A DNA stretch of 64,000 bases, taken from NCBI GenBank assembly GCA_951406725.2, contig OX597820.1, positions 1,798,001 to 1,862,000 of the forward strand. Direction: 5' to 3'. This stretch comes from Octopus vulgaris (Eukaryota). Both the position numbers and the translations under genes were made by a program. The notes beneath the pieces were generated by a model, which worked only from the letters and a program-made list of their open reading frames with translations, was not told the DNA's origin and made no database searches. Below, piece after piece: positions 1 to 13,114 of the stretch. Within the stretch, counting starts at the first letter, position 1; every line of letters starts with the position of its first letter.

Positions 1-410
1 GTACACATGTAGATACACGCACACACGCAGAGCGAGCCGTACATCTATACACACTCACATATACATATCATGTATATGTATATATATTCATACATATGTA
101 AGAGAGAGAAAGTAAGAGAGAGAGAGAGAGAGAGAGTGAGAGTGCGATAGAGCTAATGAAAACTAAAAAAGAAAAACGGCTAACATCAGCGATAGACATC
201 GAGAGAAGAATTTGATGCGAGCAACATTCATGAGTAACAACGGCTCAAGACATTGGTGAAAAAAAGGGAACATGTTGAAATTTTCTATGACCCTTTTATT
301 TTCATTGGTGTTAGAAACTGAAGCGTTATACTTTAACACTGTGCTTGATCCAGAAATACTTCAAAAAAGCCAAACAGGTTAGTGTTGTAGTGGGTCCGTT
401 TATGTCTTTA

Positions 411-471
<61 letters not shown>

Positions 472-475
472 ATAT

Positions 476-923
476 TGGATCATTTCGGTTTGAACGGCAG
501 TTTTTTCTAATGGTGTCATATGAAATTCTCACCCATAATTATGACCCTAGTATCGATCTATTGCATTTCAATCTCTTTTGGGGTTAGGGTTAGATTGGGT
601 TCGTTAGGGTTAAGGTTAGGGTTAGGGGTGAGGAAAGGGTATCTTTTTTTCTTCACAAATGTAAATAAACCCAATCTGTTTCTTAAACGAGGGACATATT
701 CATACGACACAGAATGCTTTTTAACTCAATAGACGTCGGTGATTGGTTGAAATTGCAGAAATTGAAGAAAAAACAACAAATATCTTACAATCTATAGAAT
801 TTTCTCAATAAAGCCAAGAGAAAAATATGTTTTATAAACACATTCTACCAATATACGAAGTTTAAAATTTTTTAGTCACCTAGAAATTATGTTAAAAACT
901 GCCGTTCAAACCGAAAAGATCCC
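476..923. mobile_element. Non-autonomous TIR element (MITE) with internal TTAGGG-like tract
   Basis: Left GGATCATTTCGGTTTGAACGGCAGTTTTT (477-505) is the inverted complement of right AAAAACTGCCGTTCAAACCGAAAAGATCC (ends 922). No ORF. Confidence 0.8.
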
Positions 924-1029
924 GCATATTTTAGTTATAAATTGGCGCTGTGTTGTCGAGAGCTGTCGAAGGCATTCTATCCAAGAGCTCTTAATATCGA
1001 CCAACAATATTTATTGCTATATTTGGTGA

Positions 1030-1270
1030 ACGCGCGTACTTTAGTGGCTCAAGTATTCAGTTCATGATTGTAAGGTCGTGATTTCGATTCTCGATGTCTC
1101 GTTGTGTACTTGAGCAAGACACTTTATTTCACGTTGCTCCAGTCCACTCGGCTGGCAAAAATGACTCAATTTTGCCAACCTGTATTTCAAAATGCCGACC
1201 TTGTTAAACTCTGTGTCACGCTGAATCTCCCTTAGAACTACGTTAAAGGTACGCGTTTCCGTGGACACAC
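1030..1270 (+). mobile_element. tRNA-derived CORE-like SINE
   Basis: Degenerate A/B boxes followed by TTGAGCAAGACACTTTATTTCACGTTGCTCCAGTCCACTC, also seen at 34785, 43078 and 47569. Confidence 0.75.
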
Positions 1271-1896
1271 TGTCATTTAAATGCAACAATCAACGAGCCA
1301 ACAACTATTTTGTTTTCAAATTTGTTAAAGATTTTTTTAAAATTTCAGATTTTTTTGTTACATCCAAAATGAAACATTGTCTACCTTTCTCTCCAGTTCT
1401 CTGATCACTACAGTCTTCCTTATGCTTCCTTAACCAATAATCTCCCAACCAATGATCTCCCACCTCTAATAGAAGCCTATTGCGCAGCCATCACAACTCA
1501 TGCATTACACTTATCTTCATGTTTCTGATACATGAGGCACTGTCTTTCACGTGTCTACAGCATATTGGCCCTTAATCTTATCTTTTGTCTGTCCTGTACA
1601 TCACATATGATACACAGGACATATTTCCTTGGTGCACTTGCATTATATATGATATAAATTCCCATTGTTTCAACCTCCAGATTGGGACGTATGAAAGAAT
1701 CGTGTTACTCAGAATGTATGAAATAAGAATTAATTAAACGTCTGAAAACAAACATGGATGTTTTGAAAAAAATTTATGAAAATGATTGTCTGAAATCACC
1801 TGTAAGTACTACTGTCACACCTCACATCAAACATGTGGAATTGCGCAAATCCTGCCGCATTTTATTAACAGCGTCTACTAATTTTTTGTGGGATAG

Positions 1897-2384
<488 letters not shown>

Positions 2385-2545
2385 ATAATATATGTACATT
2401 TATTTATTTTTTTTTTCTTAGATCTGATAAGTGACTATGTTTAAATAGAATTGATTTTATTGTTATCAATTCTTATTTCATACATTCTGAGTAACACGAT
2501 TCTTTCATATGTCCCAATCTGGAGGTTGAAACAATGGGAATTTAT

Positions 2546-2601
<56 letters not shown>

Positions 2602-2812
2602 GGAATATGATTTCAAACGGGGGAAAATTCAATTTAGTAATACTAAATCAAATTTCACAATATATAATACATGTATACAAATTAGGGAAGAACCACCATG
2701 TAGCAATTCAACAATGATATACTTAAATCATAACATATAGAAAAAATTAAAGATACGATAAAATATTTAGCTAGATCTAAATAAAGTACGAAATAATAAA
2801 TATATAGTATTT

Positions 2813-2893
2813 AATTACACGTGCTTCGTGGCTATATTTTCAAATTGATAATAATAAAATCAATTCTATTTAAACATAGTCACTTATCAGATC
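2813..2893 (-). ncRNA. Degenerate hammerhead-like motif (long stem II)
   Basis: Minus strand: gat-CTGATAA-GTGACTATGTTT...AAATATAGCCAC-GAAG-CACGT-GTA-att. Two core lesions (G8A, A15.1G). Confidence 0.5.
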
Positions 2894-3099
2894 TAAGAAA
2901 AAAAAAATAAATAAATGTACATATATTATCTTATAAGAAAATATAAATATATATAAAAATACGTAATTTTTCAATAAAAAATCGAACAAAATTTAACAAT
3001 ATATCTTAAAATAAAAACATGAAATATCTTATTGAATATATTCTGTTAACTAAATCTTTAAACTTAATACGTAGGACTTAGTGTTTATAATAGATTTAT

Positions 3100-3355
3100 C
3101 TCGTTATGTTTTGTTTTATGTTTTCTCATGCATATAGTTGCATATCTAGACATGCTCATATATATTTGAATTATAAACTTCTGGAAAGTTTTACAGATTT
3201 TAATAGTTCCAGTGATGGACTAGATCTTTAGACTTCGAATTAGCCTTCTCCTTTCTGAGAAGCCTAATTTCTCAAGATTGGTATTTAGACAGTGTGTTAC
3301 ATATCCCAGATATCCAATAATTACAGGTATAAACTTGTAATCTGGATGGAGTACC
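3100..3355 (-). mobile_element. 3' end of an RLE-type (R4-like) LINE
   Basis: Minus translation ...YKFIPVIIGYLGYVTHCLNTNLEKLGF...ITGTIKICKTF resembles the IPIIVGALG C-terminus of the LINE at 63696-63935. Confidence 0.55.
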
Positions 3356-3359
3356 GCCG

Positions 3360-3895
3360 GGGGAGGTCACGAAGCAAATAGAAGAGACGGGCTATAAGAA
3401 CTTGGGGATATTGGAAATGGATAAATTGATGGAGAAAGAAATGACAGAAAAATTTAAGGTGGAGTACTTGCGCAGACTGACACTGATCCTTAAGTCGAAA
3501 TTAAACAGACGGAATAAGATGGAAGCTATTAACTCCTGGGCGGTTTCACGCGTTAGATATGGGGCAGAGTTAATCGCATGGGCAGCAGGCGAACTAAACA
3601 GTTTAGATAAAAAGACAAGGAAGTTGCTGACTAGATATGAAATACTCCACTCAAAAAGTGACACAGACAGACTGTATGTACCAAGAAAAAGAAGGGATGC
3701 AAACTCATCATTAGAGCATGGTTTGTAATAAAATCCACAGAACCGCTATTATTGGAAGTAAGAAGGTCAGGCTTATGTAAGATGGAAGATTGCAAAGTTA
3801 AAGCACTGTACAAGCATTTGAAAATGAATGAAACTAAAAATAAGTGGAGAAAGAAAAGAATGCATGGACAATTTCATAGGGATGTTGAAGATAAG
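3360..3895 (+). mobile_element. R4/Dong-clade LINE internal fragment
   Basis: YKNLGILE...EYLRRLTLILKSKLN..NKMEAINSWAV...RLYVPRK...MHGQF is homologous to the post-RT region of the element at 61630-63935. Confidence 0.8.
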
Positions 3896-4504
3896 ACCTC
3901 CCCAATATAACGGAAGTCACAGATTTCGTCTGTGTATGTGGTTACAAGTACACACTATTGACAAGGCCTCGGAAGGTTGGCTGCATTCGGAGTTTCTTAC
4001 TCGCCGCTACCGGGACACCTTTTCTTCTCATTCCTATATACACTGTAATTTAAAAACTTTGCCTACCATAGCAGTCATTGGTGACTTCTCACGACTTATT
4101 ATTAAGATAGCGCAAAACGGGCTTGGGAGTCAATGGGTTAAACACAGCACGTCAATAAGAATTATCTCGGACAAAAAACACAGTATCTTAACTTTAAATA
4201 GTGTGCATACGTTAAGTATGATACATTGATAACTGTTTTAACACTTTCTACAATATTTGAACATATTTGAAATAAGTGTTTAAATTACAGTGTATATAGG
4301 AATGAGAAGAAAAGGTGTCCCGGTAGCGGCGAGTAAGAAACTCCGAATGCATTCAACCTTCCGAGGCCTTGTCAATAGTGTGTACTTGTAACCAAATACA
4401 CAGACGAAATCTGTGACTTCCGTTATATTGGGGAGGCCTTATCTTCAACATCCCTATGAAATTGTCCATGCATTCTTCTGTGACTTCCCTTATATTGGGG
4501 AGGT
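3896..4504. mobile_element. Fold-back non-autonomous TIR element inserted in the LINE fragment
   Basis: TIR ACCTCCCCAATATAACGGAAGTCACAG (3896-3922) is inverted at 4478-4504 and again at 4411-4436; long arms 3856-4054 / 4279-4477. Confidence 0.75.
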
Positions 4505-4752
4505 AGACAAGACTCCAAGATGTCAAGATCCATCTGGCGTCCTCACTAGTCGCTGCCAGAACAATTCGCCTCTCTCCAATACAGATTGTGTTGTTAACAC
4601 AAGATGTGCATAACAGATTTTTAACTAGGACGAAAACCGCAATATTTTGCTTGTCAACTGTGTATATACGTTATGTATGATACATACATAGAGGTTAAAA
4701 TTTAATGCTAGTTCAACTGCATACACCAAATATATATATATATATATATATA

Positions 4753-5557
4753 CAGGGTGTTTCAAAAAATTTGATATAATTTGAGATGTAAATATCACAG
4801 AAACTACAAAGCAAATGAAAGTAAACAGGATTAATGTTGGGCAACGTAAGATTAATTCCTCCAAATTTGAATGAGAAATTCAAAGGTATGTGGATTCCAT
4901 GAACGACTTCAGAAATGTTCAATATGCGCTCTGCCTGAGTCACGGCACACGTCAAAACGGTTGTCCATCTCCTCCCAAACACGCTGCAGCATGTCTTGGG
5001 TAATAGTCTCCAGTGCGGTAGTGATTCTCTGCGTGAGCTCCTCTAGGTTTGCAGGAGCCCTAGAGAAAAAATTGCAATGTGTCAGATCAAGTGAACGTGA
5101 CGGCCATTTCAACAGCACATTTCATCCGGACGTGCCAAACTGGAGGAATATGGGTTTCCAAACTTGTTCTTTTTATGAACTTCTTGGGGCTTCGCAAGAG
5201 TCTTTGGCGAACCCGCTCGACCGTCTCTTCCGTTGTTACTGGTCCCCAGATACTTTTGCTCTGCACAGACAGCCTTCCTCTTTGAATTTTTTTGTGCCAT
5301 GTCCAAATCTGCATTGCCGTTGGTGACTTTTTAGGGAACTCTCTCACAAATGCACGCTGCACAGTTTTGTTCAATTGTGTTCGAGCATACTCCAACACAG
5401 AAAACGTATTTTCTCTTCAAGTCAATGCCATTTCTGTACCTGAAAAGATAGACATATCAAGCATTAAACATAAAATTTTGACATGTTTCTACACATTCTG
5501 GTAAAATTTGAAGTCGTTTTAACGAGAATATGATATAAAATTTTGTAAAACACCCTG
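4753..5557 (-). mobile_element. Internally deleted Tc1/mariner-superfamily transposon (DUF4817-type HTH)
   Basis: TIR CAGGGTGTTTCAAAAAATTT / AAATTTTGTAAAACACCCTG with TA on the left; minus ORF pieces VLEYARTQ..VQRAFVREF, WPSRSLDLT.CNFF and C-terminal LQRVW...C...G.HIEH. Confidence 0.85.
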
Positions 5558-5594
5558 TTCACACACACTCACACCACACACACACAGACACACA

Positions 5595-5657
<63 letters not shown>

Positions 5658-5812
5658 TATTTATATATATATATATATATGACGGATTCTCTCGTCGTGA
5701 ATAACGTTCAGTAAAAAAAAGTGGTCACAATACCACTATCGCAGGTAAGGTTTCCTTTAGAGGAGCAGTTTCTAGCCAGCGTGCCTTCATTCTTGCACGA
5801 AGTTGGTCATGA

Positions 5813-6100
5813 TGTATGTATGTATGTATGTATGTATGTATGTATGTATGTATGTATGTATGTATGTATGTATGTATGTATGTATGTATGTGTATGTATG
5901 TATGTATGTATGTATGTATGTATGTATGTATGTATGTATGTATGTATGTATGTATGTATGTATGTATGTATATATGTATGTATGTATGTATATATGTATG
6001 TATGTATGTATGTATATATGTATGTATGTATGTATGTGTGTGTGTATGTATGTATGTATGTATGTATGTATGTATGTATGTATGTATGTATGTATGTATG

Positions 6101-6132
<32 letters not shown>

Positions 6133-6206
6133 TGTATGTATGTATGTATGTATATATGTATGTATGTATGTATGTGTGTGTGTATGTATGTATGTATATA
6201 TGTATG

Positions 6207-6252
<46 letters not shown>

Positions 6253-6255
6253 TGT
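5813..6255. repeat. (TATG)n microsatellite; resumes at 6804-7070
   Basis: Direct reading. Confidence 0.97.
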
Positions 6256-6803
6256 CAGGTCACTTTCGAGGGCTACTGGTAACATGTAACCCAGTACTAC
6301 CTGTTGCATGGTCGGGTCGTCGGCAACTAAACCGGCAACCCCACCAAGCTCGCTTGGTGAAGAAGGTGTTTATTGGACACCCTGCGGGATGAAAAACAAA
6401 ACCCGTCAAAGGGCGGAGGAACTCTTGAGAGTCAACGGCCATCCAATAAATGTCTTAAAGCTGTATCATGCGCGGAGACAGAAATAATCTGACTGAATAC
6501 CCGATCGCGCAGTTAAACCATTGGGAGTGAAGGACTCCTAGCCTTTGTTAGGGCATCCTTCTAGGAGAAGGTAACTCATGTAACTGGGATAACTCCGACA
6601 TAAATCCTGCGGCTCAGTGGTTACCGATGATGTTGACTTGCTCTTCTTTTCGGATTATGGCTGCTGTTGCTTAGTGAGTAGGATTGACTCAGTGCACAGC
6701 CTTTCCTCACTTAAAAAAAGTCTTCTTGCACAGGCATTGCACGATAACAACATTGATTAAGCTTCGTGCAATGGCCATACTCGATAACGAGGGGGCAGCC
6801 ACC
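6256..6803. mobile_element. Unclassified ~550-bp insert interrupting a (TATG)n tract (possible LINE 5' UTR)
   Basis: Complex sequence with higher GC, bounded on both sides by the same microsatellite; no recognisable ORF. Confidence 0.35.
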
Positions 6804-6995
6804 ATGTATGTATGTATGTATGTATGTATGTATGTATGTATGTATGTATGTATGCATGTATGTATGTATGTATGTATGTATGTATTTATGTATGTATGTA
6901 TGTATGTATGTATGTATGTATGTATGTATGTATGTATGTATGTATGTATGCATGTATGTATGTATGTATGTATGTATGTATGTATGTATGTATGA

Positions 6996-7029
<34 letters not shown>

Positions 7030-7514
7030 ATATGTATGTATGTAAGTGTGTGTGCGTGTATATGCATGTAACCTATACGGTAGTTATATGGTAGTTATAT
7101 AAACAGTGCAAATTTAGATAATTCTCCTTAAAATGAGAAAATGAACTGTCTTAAACAATTTTCGAACCCATTCGTGTTCTCATCAGAAGTGTCTTTTTTT
7201 GACCGATTCCAGAAAATACATGCAGCCATTCTGTTTATATATTCATCAAATTCAGTAACTACATATATATTGTGTTCTTTAATTGAACACATCTATAAGA
7301 TGTTTTATCTTGGTAGGAAAAAGGCAGTTTCTTGTCTGTGAACGGTGTCTCTGTGCTAAGTACGATACACACTCGGTTATGTTAAATTTAATGTTGTTTA
7401 ATTGCAGGCACAGAGATAGAAAATGTGAAAGAATACAGATCTTCTAAACAAATGACACTAAACTCATGTCTCCCATTGGCAACATTGGAAACATGAAATT
7501 TCATAGCATTGAGG

Positions 7515-8018
7515 ACAAACAAGGACAGACAAACAGATTAAGTCGATTATATTGACCCCAGTCCGTAACTGGTACTTATTTTATCAACCCTGAAAGGATG
7601 AAAAGCAAAGTCGACCTCGACGGAATTAGAACTTAGAACGTAGCGGCAGACAAAATACCGCTAAGCATTTTGCCCGGCGTGCTAACGTTTCTGCCAGCTC
7701 GCCGCCTTATTTCATCAACCCTGAAAGGATGAAAAGCAAAGTCGACCTCGACGGAATTAGAACTTAGAACGTAGCGGCAGACAAAATACCGCTAAGCATT
7801 TTCCCCGGCGTGCTAACGTTTCTGCCAGCTCGCCGCCTTATTTCATCAACCCTTAAAGGATGAAAAGCAAAGTCGACCTCGACGGAATTAGAACTTAGAA
7901 CGTAGCGGCAGACAAAATACCGCTAAGCATTTTGCCCGGCGTGCTACCGTTTCTGCCAGCTCGCCGCCTTATTTCATCAACCCTGAAAGGATGAAAGGCA
8001 AAGTTGACCTTGGTGGAA
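7515..8018 (-). mobile_element. tRNA-derived SINE (octopus OK-like) with head tandemly repeated, 131-bp period
   Basis: Inverse of AAGGCGGCGAGCTGGCAGAAACGTTAGCACGCCGGGC...GAGGTCGACTTTGC; ATCAACCC ends at 7590, 7721, 7852 and 7983. Confidence 0.9.
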
Positions 8019-9199
8019 TAATAATAATAATGCTTTCTATAATAGGCACAAGGCCTGAAATTTAGGGGTAGGGGCTTGTTGATTACATCAACCCCAGTGC
8101 TTGAATGGGAATTATTTTATTGACCTCGAAGGAATGAAAGGCAAAGTTGACCTCAGGGACATTTGAACTAAGAATGTAAAGAGCAAGAAGAAATACCGAT
8201 AAATACTTTGTCTGATACACTAACTGTTCTTCCAGCTTGGGTTTTTAATTTTGATGTAAGGCCACCAATCTTGCTGAGAGGGAAGTTTATCACAAATTTG
8301 TCCAAACATATAAACGTTCAAGAAAAGGCTCCTGGCGAATAAACTTCTCATTGCTAACTCTGTTTCCTTTATCGAATAAAGAGGCAAATTGTTAATTATT
8401 GTTGCTTTAATCATTTATACTTATTGGCTAAAATAAAAATTGTCATTTACATTGTTTTTGATTTAACCTTCCACGGGTTCAATGCATTTTCATAGGTTTG
8501 TCCTAAATGTCCAAGCTTGTTTACAGATTTTTAGTTAGCCCTTGTTTCATATGTTTTGGGTGTTAGAAAGCTTTACTTTCATAAGTCCCAAAGAAACTCG
8601 TAGTGTGTACCAAGTGAGATACACGAACACCAGGGAAATAGGTCTCGTGTATGGCGTGATACACAGGTAAGGCAAAGTATAGGTTAATGTACAGCGTGTG
8701 AGAAGTTATTTTGATTTACATTAATGAATATACATTATGAAAGGAAAACAAATTTGGTATCACTTCTCAATGTATTTGTTGCTGGGTTGCTTAACTTCAA
8801 CCAGCCTTGTTCAAATTGGCCTATGGTGATTATTCTTTACTCCACCTCGTTCTCACAAATCCTGATGGATCTAAGGAGGCGCAGGGGTGATATACATTGT
8901 GTCTAAAGCATTCTAGACATGGTGGTGTTCTTCCTCTTCAATTTGGAGCATCAATCCGAGCCGACGTCATCGAGAGAGAGGGAGAAATAAGAGAGGAAAG
9001 AGAGGAGAGAGGAGAGAAAAAGAGCAAGAAAGGGAGAAAGAGAAACGGAGAGAGAGAAGTAGAGAGATATACATCACATTTAGAAAACTACTCTTCGACT
9101 GTTCTTGATAGAAAACACCAATGGCACACTCATAAACATAAACACATACACAAATGTGCGGCACAAATAAACTCACACAGACCAATCCAGATATGCATC

Positions 9200-9358
9200 G
9201 GCGCAGGCGTGAGTGCGTGATAAGTTACTTCCCAACCACATGATTCTTGGATCAGTCCCACTGAGTGGCACCTTGGGCAAGTGTCTGCTACTATATCCTC
9301 AGGCCGACTAAAATGTTTTGTGAGTGGATTTGGTAGACGGAAACTGAAAGAAGTCGTG
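9200..9358 (+). mobile_element. tRNA-derived SINE (OR-like, CORE-type) 5' part
   Basis: CTTCCCAACCACATG...CAGTCCCACTG..TGGCACCTTGGGCAAGTGTCT...GGTAGACGGAAACTGAAAGAAG, shared with 42817-42960, 45955-46092 and 11528-11686(-). Confidence 0.85.
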
Positions 9359-10645
9359 TATATGTATATTTAATTATTTATTTATTTATTTATTTATTTA
9401 CTTATTTAAGAGTAGATTTATACATACATATCAATCATTTATTTTTTAATAATATATGAATACATATATACTGGTTTGTACTTATATTATGTGTGTAATC
9501 GTAATTATTTCTTCTTATTTATTTTATCACATTTTAACTTAAGTATTTACAATCTATTAATTTATTTTAATTTCTGTGATTTTCTTATATACGATTGCAT
9601 TAGTGAGTCCCCCAGTTGATATTATTTAATGCCTAATCTTGTTTATAATGGCATAGAATTTATTAAGTAAAAAAGAGATATATATTTATAATATAAAAAT
9701 TAATCTATACTTTAAAAATTAGCGTACATGGAATCATAACAAATTACGGTAAATCTAGGAACCGTTATGTTGACTATGAAAAAAACCGGTGTTAAATACG
9801 GAGGGTACCTAGTGAAATAGCATCCGACATCGTGATATATTGATATATAAATATATATATATCTTTGAAACAAATATTTTATGGAAATATGTGAGTGGAC
9901 CTTTTTTGTTATTTGAGGCATAGTTATAACTTTGAAAGACTAGATGGCAGCATAGTTGCTCCCCTATTTATTTATCTATGTGCTAGAGGTTGCTTGTGGA
10001 TATGTATGTGTATAAGTGTATGTGTGTGTGTATACATAAAATTATGTATGTATGTGCGATTGATCTGTGGATGTGCGTGTGCGTATGTGCGTTTCTTGAC
10101 TAACTAACCGTAAAATTTCTTTTGTGATTCAAATCTCAAACTACAAGCCAATCGAATTAATCTAGAATAATCAATTTCAAGCGGACGGAATAACTAAACT
10201 CATAGTTATATCAATTTTGAAAGGATGGACTTGTTGCAAACATAACTGTATCTATTATTATTATTATTATTAATATTAATAGTAATTCTTATTGACTTTT
10301 ATAGGTTTATAATTTTATGAACTGAACTATGGTTTTTTATTATTATTTTTCAGGTATAGGTATGATTTTAATTTAAATAGTAGTGCGCATATATCTCCCT
10401 ATGTGTTAGTTTTTAGAACTATTAGCCAAATATGTAAAATAACTGGGCTTATTAATATTAATATATACACTGATATATATTTTGTTTTATTTTGTTTTGT
10501 TTACCTTGCATTATTGTATCAATGAGTATTATATATGTGTAGCAATATGGAGTTTATGCACAAGTTTTTATATTTTACATTTTTATATTTTTATATTTAT
10601 ATGTATATGGAAAAATAATTTTTTCACAATTATAACAAATTAAAT

Positions 10646-10755
10646 TCTCTGAAGAGGCCGTGGGGCATCCTTGTTAATGCCTCATTTATACCTACCTTTA
10701 TGGCTTATAAGTTAAATGAGGTATGACTGCCCTTACTGCCGAAACAGCTGTCAGA
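10646..10755 (+). ncRNA. Type-I hammerhead ribozyme motif with ~85-nt stem II
   Basis: tct-CTGAAGA(10649-55)-GGCCGTGGGGCA...ATGCCTCATTTA...TAAATGAGGTAT...TGCCCTTACTGCC-GAAA(10741-44)-CAGCT-GTC-aga; stem III palindrome ACAGCTGT; predicted cut after 10752. Confidence 0.75.
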
Positions 10756-11078
10756 TATGATATAATTACATATTATATTTTATATTTTATATTTCTATTT
10801 CCTTGTCTATTTATATTTACTATATATTTTGTATAATGCCTTTACTGATATGTAATGGTGTAATAAAGTATTGATTGGGTATCATCTGATGGTTGATGTT
10901 TTATTGATTTAAGTATGTTTCTCCATTTTCTAATTTTGTTATATATATAACGGGAAGCTTTATGAAAATAGACAAAAGACGAAGGCAGGTTTACGGAAAT
11001 AAACAAAAGACGAAGGCAGGTGGAATACAAACAAACAATTGTATTAGTATGGCGCTCAGTAAATATAAATAAAACAAG

Positions 11079-11116
11079 TCTTTAACGTTTCGAGCCTACG
11101 CTCTTCAACAGAAAGA
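11079..11116 (-). ncRNA. Minimal hammerhead-like motif, U6 variant, in a solo Penelope terminus (10975-11170)
   Basis: TCTTT-CTGTTGA-A-GAGC-gtag-GCTC-GAAA-C-GTT-AAAGA; flanks homologous to 27873-28006. Confidence 0.6.
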
Positions 11117-11249
11117 TACACAGAGAAGAAACACAGAAAGAAGGAGAGAAAAAAATGCGTGCAGAGGCTATGAACAATTGCAGCGTTAAAAACACGCAAC
11201 ATTTAAAACACGCAACAACCGTTAGATTCACTTCAACATTTAAATTTAA

Positions 11250-11300
11250 TTTGCCAAATTATTTTCCTCACTTTTCGTCGCGATCTGCTCACTGACAAAA
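11250..11300 (-). ncRNA. Hammerhead-like motif, G3:C8 variant (partly decayed)
   Basis: TTTGTCA-GTGAGCA-G-ATCGC..GTGAG-GAAA-ATAATT-TGGCAAA; same family as 26005-26283. Confidence 0.5.
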
Positions 11301-11324
11301 TTCCGTGCTGCATCTGTATATATA

Positions 11325-11686
11325 TTCTTTTACTTGTTTTAGTCATTTTGACCGCGGCCATGCTGGAGCACAATCTTTAGTCGAACAAATCGACACCAGG
11401 GCTTATTTTTGAAAGCCTAGTACTTATTTATATCGGGTTCTTTTGCAGAACCGCTAAGTTACGGGTGTCAAGCGATGGAGGGGGAGAAACACGGACACAG
11501 ACACACACACACACACACACACACAAAGCGGGCTTCTTTCACTGTCCGTCTACCAAATCCACTCAGAAGGCATTGGTCGGCCCGAGGCTATAGTAGAAGA
11601 CACTTGCTCAAGATGTCACAGTGGGAGTGAACCCGGAACCATGTGGTTGGGAAGCAAGTTTCTTATCATACACCCACACCTGCGCC
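11325..11686 (-). mobile_element. Full-length OR-like SINE with internal (CA)n
   Basis: Head at 11686 and tail inverse of GCTCCAGCATGGCCGCAGTCAAATGACTGAAACAAGTAAAAG; same layout at 45955-46252 and 52097-52455. Confidence 0.85.
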
Positions 11687-11710
11687 TATATATATATATA
11701 TATATATATA

Positions 11711-12632
11711 CAGGTGTTGGGCAAAATAATGGAAACGCCTAGCATCATAGCATTTTGAAATATCTATAAACCGTCAAAAGCTTGTATATTTTTATGCTTT
11801 TTCTTTATTATTAGTGTTGCCGTCGGACTCACACGCGAATTGTTAGAAAGGATCACTAAAGTACAGCTCCCAGAATTACTGCAGAGCTCAATGACCACCT
11901 CAAAAACCTAGTTTTCACAAAAACTGTTCACCGAGAGGGCTGCGATCAGAAAACCACTACTGCAAAACAAACATTGCAAAGCGTTTAGACTGGAGTAAAA
12001 ACTTACAGAATTGTTCCCCTGAGCAGTGGAAGAATGTCACTTTCTCGGATGAGTCATCCTTTACCTTATTTCCGACAACCGGCCAAGTATACGCGTAGAG
12101 ACAGCCAAAAGAAGCATTTGATCCACACTGCCTTCTTCCAATTGTTAAATATGGAGGAGGATCTGTGATAATCGGGCGGGGTGGGGGAGGCTATATCTTG
12201 GAAATCCGTCGACCCAATGGCTTCCGTTCATAGCAGAATCAATAGCCAAGACTATTCATGTATTTTATATGATCAAATTCATCCTATGGTCGCGAAACTG
12301 TTTCCGGAGGGAAACGCAATCTTTCAGGATGATAATGCACCAATTCACACAGCTAAAGTTGTTGCTGAATGGCACGAGGAACATTCTAGTGAAGCTGAAC
12401 ATCTTATCTGGCCACGACAGTCCCCAGATCTCAATATTATTGAACATTTATGGTGCATTTTAGAAAAGCAAGTAAGGAGTCGATATCCTCCACCATCATC
12501 ACTACAAGAACTGGAGACTTTTAGCTGAAGAACGGACAAAAATTCTTTTGAAACAATTCAAACTTTGTACGAGTCCATATCTTGTAGATTTGTTTGAAAT
12601 TTTAAGGTGTTTCCATTATTTTGTCTAACCCC

Positions 12633-12633
<1 letters not shown>
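11711..12633 (+). mobile_element. Defective Tc1-like transposon, D-36-E spacing
   Basis: TIR CAGGTGTTGGGCAAAATAATGGAAAC / GTTTCCATTATTTTGTCTAACCCCG with TA flanks; motifs FSDES, FQDDNAPIH, WPRQSPDLNIIEHLW. Confidence 0.9.
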
Positions 12634-12700
<67 letters not shown>

Positions 12701-12820
12701 ACAATTGAGGGTAAAATTAATTAATTAATCAATTTCACCACTGAAATGCTAAGAAAAATTTTTGGGCTGCTATTTCTACTAAGTTCAGTATGTGGCAAAG
12801 TAATTTATTTTACTAAGCCC

Positions 12821-12905
<85 letters not shown>

Positions 12906-13114
12906 AAATGGAAAGATGAATTTTCTTGTTACAGATTATTCAAAAGTTTAACCGATACCTGGGTAGCAAAAATCACAGCAGAAAAAAACACGGTTGGAGA
13001 TAAGACCATTTGGTGTTGCAACCGTGCGTTGGTGCGGATAATTGAAGTTTAATATAATTAGTGAATGGAAGAAATGGAGTTGAACGAAGATTGTACAGAA
13101 TTCCTTTTATTACA

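Noticed and set aside
1380-1645. Possible GIY-YIG remnant on the minus strand (ICPVYHM*CTGQTK...HVKD)
   Set aside because: Only a partial motif with stops and frameshifts; consistent with the PLE context but not supportable alone.
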